A stretch of DNA of 63,501 bases, the filler included, from Octopus bimaculoides (Eukaryota): the NCBI RefSeq assembly GCF_001194135.2. It is 8 parts of 6 records of this genome, joined end to end, with 100 filler letters (N's around TTAATTAATTAA, not from the genome) between each part and the next. Parts side by side here need not be neighbours in the genome. Positions count along the whole stretch, not along the records: positions 44,986 to 59,233 come from NC_068983.1; positions 59,334 to 62,325 come from NC_069008.1; positions 62,426 to 63,501 come from NW_026331684.1; 5 more parts are not named here. The stretch is one strand, 5' to 3'. The notes beneath the pieces are model-generated. The model was given only the letters and a program-made list of their open reading frames with translations. It did not search any database and was not told where the DNA came from. The position numbers and the translations under genes are program-made. Below, in pieces: positions 53,618 to 63,501 of the stretch (the stretch's first letter is position 1; each line of letters starts with the position of its first letter).

Positions 53618-56600
53618 TATTATGATATCTGACGACTGATATTTTTGACTAGATTATTTCCTTCGGGCACATTAATCTCTTATTAATGATTATATTTCTT
53701 TTCTCAGAACATTTTCCTCTCATTGTATATATTAAAGTGATCTGTCACTTTAGATATTTAAAAACTTTTTAATCGATCGATTCTTGTCAAACTATCAATC
53801 AAATTGAAGTATTAAATTATTAATTTATTAATGATTAATTTGCTAAGAGATTCCATGAAGTAGACAATTTATCCCTACGGTGACCGAATCAATCTTACTG
53901 TCAGACATACAAGACATCACAATCGCATAATTAGCTGAAAAACTACAAAGCATGATCTCTTTAGGGGGTACACAAATATTTTTTTCTGAACGTTTTCAAC
54001 TATCGGTGTAAATCGAAAAAGAAAGGCTGAAAGTCTAACATGTTAAACAGGGCATCAATGATCGAATAAAGGTGTCTCAGGGTTGACTTTCATCTCCTCT
54101 TTTAGAGGTTGTGAAGTGTGATCTGAGGAAGGTAACTTATTGTACCTCCCTACTTTTGCTCCTCATCATTGATTTACAAAATAATTAAGGAGTCTTCTAT
54201 TCGTTTACGATACTTAGTTTTTACACTTTCTTGAAGCAACGATATAGTTATGCCTTTCCCAATTCTATTACATTTGCTGCTAACATACAATTTACTCCTT
54301 TCACCTTCCTCACTCATTGCATACTTGACGTTTTCATATATTTCATATGTAAATTATGATGCGATGCTGGTACGATGATATAATTTGTAATCGTTTTTTC
54401 TATGTGTTGTGTGGGCCTTATGTTCATATCAATAGATTTTATTTTCAATATTTTCAATATTCGTTATTTTCAGTAAAAATATTTCTTCGATGTCGTGAAA
54501 TCTTTGAAAAGATGGACCTATAAACATTTTGAAATTACAGGAAAGCCGATGATTTGTAATAATGTGACAAGTTATTCCTATAGCACTTCTGCCTTAGGAT
54601 ACTTGAGTATATTTTTTATCAATATTTTCCAAACCTCATAGACTTTCTTTATGCATTCAAATATTCTCATCTCAGTATACCTCTTAACATTATTTGGTAA
54701 GTCACTTCTTGTTTGCTACTTTTTCATTTATCCATGATTGTATTTACAAGTAACCCAGTCATTACACTAACTACATAGAACCACTGATTTTACTTCATCA
54801 TATTTCTATAAATCTTTCTCTTTTCCCAACTTACAAATTTCATTGTTTTAATATTTACTGGTTGGTCCAATAGCGTTTCCACATGTCAAAAATTTGCAAA
54901 AACACCTCATATCAAATATTGAAAATTTCACCTCATCTTTCCTTTCCTTAGCATATTCATATCTCATATTCATATAATACATATAAGTTATTCATTACAT
55001 TAACCTTAGGTCGTAATTCGTTGCATTGTTCTTGCTTATCTAAATCTTAGTCACATTTCTTTATTTGTTTGTTGCTTTGACAATTTGTCCCTTGATCATT
55101 GGTTCGCATATTAAATTTTCGTTGACTTGAGAAACCAAGAAACTGAATATATTCTTTCATTTCAGTTAAATTTGGACTCCAACTATGTTACTGTTGTTTC
55201 TTTGCTTGTTGCCCGTATTGATTTGACACGTGACCTTACATATTTTAAAGTTGGTTACCGTACAATTTTCAGGCGAAGCAACAACTAAGATTCTGGTGAA
55301 ATGAAACAATTCTACCTTTAAACCAGCCTTAAAACCAGCCAATAAATCAACGCCGTTTTCGAATCATATATCACTATATCACTGATTGTTCCTCTGTCAA
55401 AATTCTCTAAAGATTCATGAAATCATTTTAGGATTAATGCAAGAAATAGATTAAAGCGTTCTGGTTATAATTAGCCCTAACTAATCATGGTCGAGTGGCC
55501 GGTGACTAAATCGAATCCTTATGGGACTTACTCAGAGAAGAACTGTATGAAGAACCTGTACGATAGCAAGAGCGGAAGCTCTGAAAAGTGGATAAATTCC
55601 ATGAGAACCAAAGGCACCCATATTCTTGGGCGGAAGATGGACTCCAATATTAATCCCAGATGAATACGTGAATGGAAGCTTCGTTATATTTAATTCTGTT
55701 GACTGTAGTCAACATAAACAGAAACGATAGCGTTAGAATTACATTATTACATATGCCATCGTAACTATGGTTACAATTTGTTTTCCATCCTCTTTATAAG
55801 ATTTATAATGGTGAGAATCATTTTTGTCTCGACTTGCTTCTCTTGTTTGTGCTTACCCTAATCCTCAACATCGGAATAGTCATCATGATCATCATCATCA
55901 TCATCGTCGTCGTCGTCGTCAAGCGTTGAAATCAATTTTAGCGCAAGAAACAAATTCCTTACTGAGACGTTTCCATAGTAGAGGGTACGCATTTCTCATA
56001 TTGCCTTTAGTTGAATTAAGATTATTTGAGGCTTAGTTTTCTTTGGTTGGAGGTGACTTTTAATTATGAACGGTCTGGGTGGTAGAATAGGAACTTTCTA
56101 CGTTGTTATATTTATAAGTTTATTATATTTATATTTAAGTGGGAGATGTTATAGTAAAAAAAAACATAAAAAAACCCCCAAATATTTCAGCTCTAATGGT
56201 TTTACCTGTAAGCTTTATAGTGCATTACACAATATGTCTCTTGTCTTTTCCTCTCTATGTTGAGATTAGGTTTCTATATAGTTATGTCAACTTAATTTTT
56301 ATCTATGCAGCCGATTTTTATGGAGCTTCATTTTAGTTATATGTAAGTTCGTTAAAGACGAGTTTGATAGAAATCGTCTAGAAATTGAGACGTATAATTA
56401 ACTATTAGGTTATTTGCAAGATTTTCTGTTGGATACAGATTTTGTGACTGTCTTCTTTCCTTTGTTGGTTTTGATTTATGGGTAGTATGATGAATTGTCT
56501 AGCTTTAACGCGATATCTAACAAACTGTTTTTGGTGGGTTTCAAGGGTGATTGAAATATAAGTTTGAAAGAAATGAAATTGTTTTCAGAATTTGTCTACT

Positions 56601-57066
56601 TTTCCTTTATTTCTACTGTTTATAAAAGTAAACAAAAAGCAAAACGAAAAAAATCTCTCCTATGTTACCTTTTTCCATTTTCTTTCTTCAGTTTTTCCAT
56701 TCTGAGTCTTTCTTCCCCTCTTCGTTATCTCTTACAGTGAAACTTGTTTGCCTGTGTAAAATACTCATTTGTTCCCTAAAAGAAAAATAAAATCTTGATA
56801 TTTAGAATATTAACTATAACTGTAATACATCGCATCAAATCATCACTTCATGAATCTTGCAGCATTTTCCAACAGTATAAACATCCGACAATAAATTCCT
56901 CGTCACTGGATAGATAAAAGAAAGACCTTTATCATAATGCCCAGTCAATAAGATCTTATAAATTGACTTAATAATTGATTTCACTCTGTCCATCAAGCGC
57001 CTAGTGGCATTCTTGAAATTAGCTTCAAACAAATATTTAGACACACACACACACACTCACACACAT

Positions 57067-57099
<33 letters not shown>

Positions 57100-57875
57100 C
57101 CAGGAATAAATGTAATACTCGGATGTAATAGTCAATATCCCAACAGATGTAAATGTACCGTCAGAGGTTGAGGAAAACGAGAATACTTTTAGCGAACTAA
57201 CGAAATCTTGTCACTATGTGAGCAACCGGTCTGCACTCCATGATGAAGAACTTGAATCTCTCTCTCTCACCCTTATCCACGCACGGGCGTATGGTATAAG
57301 CAAAGCATGAGTTCATATTTTGCTAACTTTGAAAATTTGCATGAATATATAAGACGAAACAATATTTTGATAAATGTTTCTTTCGTCTTCATTCGTTTTA
57401 TATTTTCTTTTTACTAATAACGCCGTCAATATATTTTTTCTGGCTATAACCTATTGTTCAATCTTTTTAATAAGAAAAGTCTAGCAGAAGTTGGGATGTC
57501 AGAGGTGTGTGATGCCATAACATTTCAGACATTTTCAAGCACATTAATGTCACAAGCAAAGCAGTTGCATCTGAGCATGTATGTAGGTTGCTTAAATATG
57601 TTCAGTCAGGAAAATTGTAAAAGTAGTGTTTATTTGATAAATATAGCTTTTGGTATAAAGATGCAGATTAAAATACATAAACAGTGAATTTCAAAACATA
57701 CGCCTAAGGGATTTTAACCTTTATTCAGGTTAGACAGCAGCAGATGTTTCATGTGCGTATGGTAATTTTTGTTTCCTTGCTTTCACAAAAATGTATCATT
57801 GGATTCTGTGTAAGGTAAATAATGAAGGCAATTTATATACCACAAAATTCTCGATTTCAGTACCGCTGTATATGC

Positions 57876-57927
<52 letters not shown>

Positions 57928-58000
57928 TAGAAAGGATTGAGGTAACTCCTCCTGAAGATATAGAGTCAAAATTAAAAGAAGAGTGCCATTTGTTATCTGG

Positions 58001-58041
58001 TGAACGATATTTCGACATCTCGTGTGTCTTCAACTGGTTCA
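58001..58041 (-). ncRNA. Hammerhead-like motif with variant core (CAGUUGA)
   Basis: UGAAC-CAGUUGA-A-GACA(CACGAGA)UGUC-GAA-AUAU-C-GUUCA. It has a perfect 5-bp stem I, 4-bp stem II, palindromic AUAU stem III and AUC triplet, in the same register as the 51.8 kb ribozyme. U4 and A6 differ from consensus. Confidence 0.6.
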
Positions 58042-58265
58042 AAAAATAAATTTGTCAATCTACTTCATTTTGGTTAATATAGAAAGGATTGAGGTAACTC
58101 CTCCTGAAGATATAGAGTCAAAATTAAAAGAAGAGTGCCATTTGTTATCTGGTGAACGATATTTCNNNNNNNNNNTAATAATAATAATAATATAGAAAGG
58201 ATTGAGGTAACTCCTCCTGAAGATATAGAGTCAAAATTAAAAGAAGAGTGCCATTTGTTATCTGG

Positions 58266-58306
58266 TGAACGATATTTCGACATCTCGTGTGTCTTCAACT
58301 GGTTCA
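58266..58306 (-). ncRNA. Second complete copy of the variant hammerhead-like motif
   Basis: Identical to 58001-58041. Confidence 0.6.
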
Positions 58307-58387
58307 AAAAATAAATTTGTCAATCTACTTCATTTTGGTTAATATAGAAAGGATTGAGGTAACTCCTCCTGAAGATATAGAGTCAAA

Positions 58388-58463
<76 letters not shown>

Positions 58464-59101
58464 GTAGCAAAATAATGAGACCTCGATATTAGATAAATAG
58501 AAGATTATTTATATATGTTATAATTTAGAACAAACAGTATAAAGTTGTCATTATAGTACTTGGAGTTTCGAATATCGGAGCGTGTGTATATGTGCGGGTG
58601 TAGGTGTGTGATAGGAGGGTGCATATGTATGTATGTATATATGTACATATAAATATATATATATATATTATGTTACGCGTATGCATGTAAACACATATGT
58701 GGATATTAGAATGAGGTTGCGTACACATACACAAACACATATATATATACATATATACGTGTGTGTGTGGATATGTGTGTATGTATGAATTCGTACATAC
58801 ACTTATTTGATTGCGTGTGTGTATGTGCATGTACGTATACATGTTTGTGTGTGTACGTATGTAGACGTTATGAACGCAGGAGGTTTATGTCTATGTATTG
58901 TGAGAATATAGTTGCGTGTATTCTTTATTCTTTTTCTTTTTTTCTTTTTCTACCCATTAGAGTAACTTCCCTTTTATTCACGGTCTTTCATAGCGTCTGT
59001 TGCCATTAATAGCCGACGAGAATGCATCGTAACTCTTCGCTCAGACATTGTTTTTATTATAACTGAACACTAAACAATCAAACATTAATGTATGTATCTA
59101 T

Positions 59102-59162
<61 letters not shown>

Positions 59163-59163
59163 A

Positions 59164-59230
<67 letters not shown>

Positions 59231-59332
59231 AGTNNNNNNNNNNNNNNNNNNNNNNNNNNNNNNNNNNNNNNNNNNNNTTAATTAATTAANNNNNNNNNNN
59301 NNNNNNNNNNNNNNNNNNNNNNNNNNNNNNNN

Positions 59333-59560
59333 NGACGGACGGTGGCAGATATTGTAAAGCGATGGCAGACGGTGGCGAGCGGTGGCGGACGGTGGATGGT
59401 AGATGATGGAAGACTTTGGTGGTAACCGTGGCAAACGGTGGAAGGGTGTGGCGGCTAACGGAGGATTGTGATGGATAGTGGTGGCGAGAGTGGTGGATGG
59501 TGACGGATGGAGGAGTATGAGGAAAGATATTGGCGGACGGTGAAGAATGGTGGTTGATAT
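59333..59560. repeat. Degenerate G-rich minisatellite (about GGTGGCGGAC)
   Basis: Recurring ggtggc/gacggtgg units. Confidence 0.7.
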
Positions 59561-60467
59561 GATGGTCATCTGTGGGCAGTAGAGAACATATGACTAAATG
59601 TTTTCCAAGCACGACCATCTCGACGTTACTTCTAGACCACATTCTTCCATCTACCCTTCGATTTTTAATCCAATTGAGTATGACTTGAGAGGGATTTAGC
59701 TGCTACTTCTGAATTGTTGACTAACCACATAGGAGCTTTGTTGTTCGTTCAGCTGGCGGAGAATGTCGGACGATGACGAAAGTAACGGACGATGCAGAGG
59801 GGATGAAGGTGGTCGAGTGGGGTCTGTGGGTGGTGGATTGTTGATGTAGTTGTCATTTAACCCTAGGTCATCTCCAATTGAGCAAATCTACGGTCAAAGA
59901 CAGTCCAGTTGTGACCATCTAATCTTATTGAGAACTAAATAATCGAACACGTGTTTGGACCGCGTGAGTTGAGATTTAGCTGCTATTTTTAGCTCAACTC
60001 GAACCGTTACCTGAATTGCTCGAATTAACAATCCCGGGACAACTAAAATTAGTCGACGTTTTTTTTTTAAAGCATTTTATTCAAAAATGAAGTGAAGCCA
60101 TGTGATTGTATTTAGTTTAGTTATTAATAAATTCCAGAACGACCGAATAGAGAGCTGTGGCTGTTTTAACATATTGAAGCGTCGAATCCGGATATCATAT
60201 TTTTCTGCCAAACATAAGTTACATCTGTGGTTACCGACTCAACGCTACACCAGCTTATATATATATGTTATTGATTTTTCTTATCCTTCAGTTTCCAGGC
60301 GTATCGACGAAGTGGAGTGGATGTTTGTCTTTAAATTTCAAGTAGTGAGTGTCTTGTGTGATTATAGTTAGATTTAAATGTATTTCACTCCTACACAACT
60401 AATTTTTTAATACCAAATGATAACATTGATTTGTATAGCAATTACGTTAATCACCTTCGCCATCGGC

Positions 60468-60524
60468 CGCAACAACAACAAAATACAACAAACACATTAA
60501 TTAGCATGCAAATATAATTTTATT
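60468..60524 (-). terminator. Polyadenylation signal with GU-rich downstream element
   Basis: Minus-strand AATAAA at 60524-60519, followed about 25 nt later by TGTGTTTGTTGTATTTTGTTGTTGTTG, downstream of the last coding exon. Confidence 0.55.
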
Positions 60525-60998
60525 GTTTCATTACATTAGTTATTTAAATTGAAGTGATGAAAAGTTTGTGGGGTTCGATCTTCAATTATGTTCAGTGGGT
60601 AGCTGAAAAGACAAAGCAGTGAGAACGGTAAATATGAGGAAATAACTGCTTCTGGCAAAAATAATACGCTCTCTTAGATACTATCGGACCGGAACATATA
60701 ACAGGTACTTTGCGCTGCTATTTAGGTATCATTACTTGGAGTGCTAACGTGATCCGATGTGACATGCTAGAAATAACTGTGAATTCCCAGTTAAGTCCCA
60801 CTCTACTTTCTTTAGGAAGAAGGACAGTAGATAAGTCAGCCTTAATCCCCAAGAAAAAGAAAATGATGGGATGGTCATGGCTGGAGACCTTCGATCATAG
60901 TTCTGCTCGGTCGAGGCATCATCAGGGGCGCTGCGGCGCTGGGGCACTGCGTTGATGGGGCACTGGAGTGCTAAGCAACAGCAGCAGAATCACGTTTT
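60500..60998 (-). other. Probable terminal exon / 3' UTR of the LLTP gene
   Basis: Acceptor aatttcag|AAAACG at 60999/60998 would complete a split stop codon T|AA. An alternative acceptor tgcttag|CA lies at 60971/60970. The region ends at a poly(A) signal. Confidence 0.5.
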
Positions 60999-61324
60999 CT
61001 GAAATTGTTTTAATTATATAAAACCGTAGCTCTTAGATAACTGTTGTTGCACCATTCTATTTGTAGACGCCAAGGTGGACTGTGTCCTGAGACTGAACCA
61101 CTTTGATCTGGTATACACAGCGAAGTTTTTATTTTTTGTCGCAAATTGTCCTGTCCAAAAACACAATGGGACACAAGAAGCGACTGAAACCTCTGGCCCC
61201 AAAACCTGTGATTACGTTTGTCAAAAACACAAAACAAAAACAAACTAGGAGCCATGACATCTGCCTAACAGAGAAGGAGGGGTGGTCACGCAAGGAGTGG
61301 AGGAGCATAACAATGATTACTTAC

Positions 61325-61469
61325 AGCATCGGATTGGGATTGGTAGCTTGACATCGTTATAGTGACATTGGTTGACATAGTAAGAGGAGACATCGCAGAG
61401 GACTTTCAAGGGTTTGTTGATGCTGGTCATGTAGCTTGCGCATGCGTGGTAGAATGGATTGGGGTTCAC
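61325..61469 (-). CDS. Next coding exon of the same LLTP gene (C8 domain), 48 codons + 1 nt
   Basis: Acceptor tcattacag|GTG and donor T|gtaagt. It joins in frame to the previous exon (NCFKQ|VNPNPFYHACASYMTSINKPLKVLCDVSSYYVNQCHYNDVKLPIPIRC), with Cys spacing consistent with C8. Confidence 0.88.
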
Positions 61470-61782
61470 CTGTAATGACAAAATGGCGGTGATAAGCAAT
61501 CGAGTTTCGCATTTGGTAAAACACGCGCACACACGTACACGCAGATATAGTTATAAAGATGTATACATCTATGTATATATGCAAATGTACGTATGCATAT
61601 AAATGTGCGTGTGTGTGTGTGTGTACGTATGTATGCATATATAAATATATATTGTTATCGAGTTAACCCCTGCTGCAAATTTACTGGCCTTGTACTAAAA
61701 TTTAAAACTAACATATCAGAGTTACTAATATTAGTAAAAATCGATTAAATGAACAAACATGAAAAGGTAAACAGTTTCTTAC

Positions 61783-62172
61783 CTGTTTAAAGCAATTCCT
61801 AAAGGGTGACGATGGTTCCAAGAACATCTCGGCACACTTTCGGTTTTCAGGGACCATATGACCACGGGCGTGGTTCTGAGAGCGACAGGAGTGAGAAGTG
61901 GACCATGAGTCGGCGAATTCTTGCAGGTCGTTGGTGGAGCGCATGTTGGCCATGGTCATGTCATTGGTTTGTTCGTTATCGTAGGTACCAAATAAACCCC
62001 CTACCTTGTTGTAATACCATCCGCTGATGTCAACGATGTAGTAATCGGATTTGGGGTTGCAGCTGACTGTGTAGCCGTTGGAGCCTTCAACAACGATGAA
62101 ATCGTCCTTGCGGTGGATGTGAACGTCGCTAAGACCGACGGGAAGTTTGCTGACGCGGCCGTTGACTTCAAC
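61783..62172 (-). CDS. Coding exon (130 codons) of a large lipid transfer protein (apolipophorin/vitellogenin-like): C-terminal half of the VWD domain and start of C8
   Basis: Acceptor cacacag|GTT at 62173/62172 and donor CAG|gtaaga at 61783/61782, phase 0-0. Peptide VEVNGRVSKLP...ISGWYYNKVGGLFGTYDNEQTND...FADSW...C...CAEMFLEPSSPFRNCFKQ carries the VWD GLxGxYDN motif and the F..SW/C8 pattern typical of LLTPs. Confidence 0.9.
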
Positions 62173-62425
62173 CTGTGTGGGTGTAATTGATTGACGATGA
62201 ATGATGGAGATTGATTGAGATTTTGAAGAATAAACCAAACTGAATGTGAGAGGAACGTTGGACGGTCGGACGGAAAAAGGAGGAAAAGAGAGACATAGAG
62301 GAAGAGTGATGCTAATATATATATANNNNNNNNNNNNNNNNNNNNNNNNNNNNNNNNNNNNNNNNNNNNTTAATTAATTAANNNNNNNNNNNNNNNNNNN
62401 NNNNNNNNNNNNNNNNNNNNNNNNN

Positions 62426-62745
62426 TCAACAGAACAGCCTGCTCGTGAAATGAACGTGCAAGTGGCTGAGCACTCAACAGTAACGTGTACCCTTAACGTA
62501 GGTTTCGTGACATAGTGTGACAAGGCTGACCCTTTGAATTACAGGCACAACAGAAACAGGAAGTAAGAGTGAGAGAAAGTTGTGGTGAAAGAGTACAGCA
62601 GGGTTCGCCACCATCCCCTGCCGGAGCCTCATGGAGCTTTAGGTGTTTTCACTCAATAAACACTCACAATGCCTGGTCTGGGAATCGAAACCGCGATCCT
62701 ATGATCGCGCATCCGCTGCCCTAACCACTGGGCCATTGTGCCTCC
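62426..62745 (-). mobile_element. SINE family 1 copy in an intron of the LLTP gene
   Basis: Reverse complement of 19709-20035. Confidence 0.85.
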
Positions 62746-63161
62746 GCTGGAAGAATACCCAATTATTATTACACTAGTGTTTTCTCATTTTATTACCAAG
62801 TGCAATAAATGGGTGCTGGTAAAAAGATATTTTACCCTTAATTTATATAGCAATAAGAAAATGGAGGGGAATAGGTGGTATTCATCAACTTGCAGACATT
62901 GTATTGTGTCAGTTTACTTGTTTATTTGTCAACTAAAAGAACAATAATAACAATATACAAACACATGTGACATATTATGTTGTATCAGTAATTAAGAAAT
63001 GTCACTATATGTAATTTTTTTAAATTACTGATATGACATAATACGCTGCATGTGTTTGTATATTGTTATTATTGTCCTTTTAGTTAACAAATAAACAGAC
63101 ACAATACAATGTCTGTAAGTTGATGAATACCACCTATTCCCCTCCATTTTCTTATTGCTAT

Positions 63162-63205
<44 letters not shown>

Positions 63206-63249
63206 TGGCTATTATGTTAAACTGTTGTTAAGTCCAAATTTGGCCAAAT

Positions 63250-63501
63250 TTTACTCTTTACTCTTTTACTTGTTTCAGTCATTTGACTGCGGCCATGCTG
63301 GAGCACCGCCTTTAGTCGAGCTAATCGACCCCAGGGCTTATTCTTTGGAAGCCTAGTACTTATTCTATCGGTCTCTTTTGCCGAACTGCTAAGTTACGGG
63401 TACGTAAACACACCACCATCGGTTGTCAAGCGAAGTTGGTGGGACAAACAGAGACACACAAACACACATACATATATATACATACATATATACGACGGGC
63501 T
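63250..63501 (-). mobile_element. SINE family 3 copy, cut by the window end
   Basis: Reverse complement of the family-3 tail, internal microsatellite and end of the head. Confidence 0.85.

Larger units (their letters stand above)
57924..58390. repeat. Tandem 152-bp unit embedded in (AAT)n: full + 90-bp partial, 10-N gap, (AAT)n, full + 50-bp partial
   Basis: Unit starts (aatatagaaaggattgagg) at 57924, 58076, 58189 and 58341. The period is 152 bp in both halves and the copies look identical. Confidence 0.9.

Noticed and set aside
62173-62238. N-terminal part of ORF 61708-62238 (VYSSKSQSISIIHRQSITPTQ)
   Set aside because: Looks intronic (pyrimidine-rich, ending in cacacag), and VWD similarity starts at VEVNG. 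The upstream acceptor at 62240 cannot be fully excluded.

Overview
AT-rich, microsatellite- and repeat-dense animal DNA with many N gaps. The SINE families and scaffold style suggest a cephalopod (Octopus-like) draft assembly; this is inference. There are no prokaryotic features, CRISPR arrays or rRNA genes, and no intact tRNA genes. The only well-supported host gene is the 3' end of a minus-strand large lipid transfer protein (apolipophorin/vitellogenin-like): two clean VWD/C8 exons at 61.3-62.2 kb, a probable terminal exon and a poly(A) signal. The rest is intergenic or intronic DNA containing three tRNA-derived SINE families, a near full-length dead maT-type mariner, a Dong/R4 LINE 3' end, a Penelope GIY-YIG remnant, a Tx1/L1 remnant and several MITE-like elements. 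The most interesting signal is a set of minimal, dimer-type hammerhead ribozyme motifs next to (AAT)n arrays. These are an inverted pair of Penelope-type mini-elements at 51.7-53.6 kb, a decayed copy at the end of the Penelope remnant, and a 152-bp tandem unit at 57.9-58.4 kb. That unit has intact helices but a non-canonical core (CAGUUGA), making it a candidate retrozyme-like, circRNA-forming element. Nearly all long ORFs in the supplied track are artefacts of N runs or simple repeats. Repeat boundaries are read by eye and are approximate.
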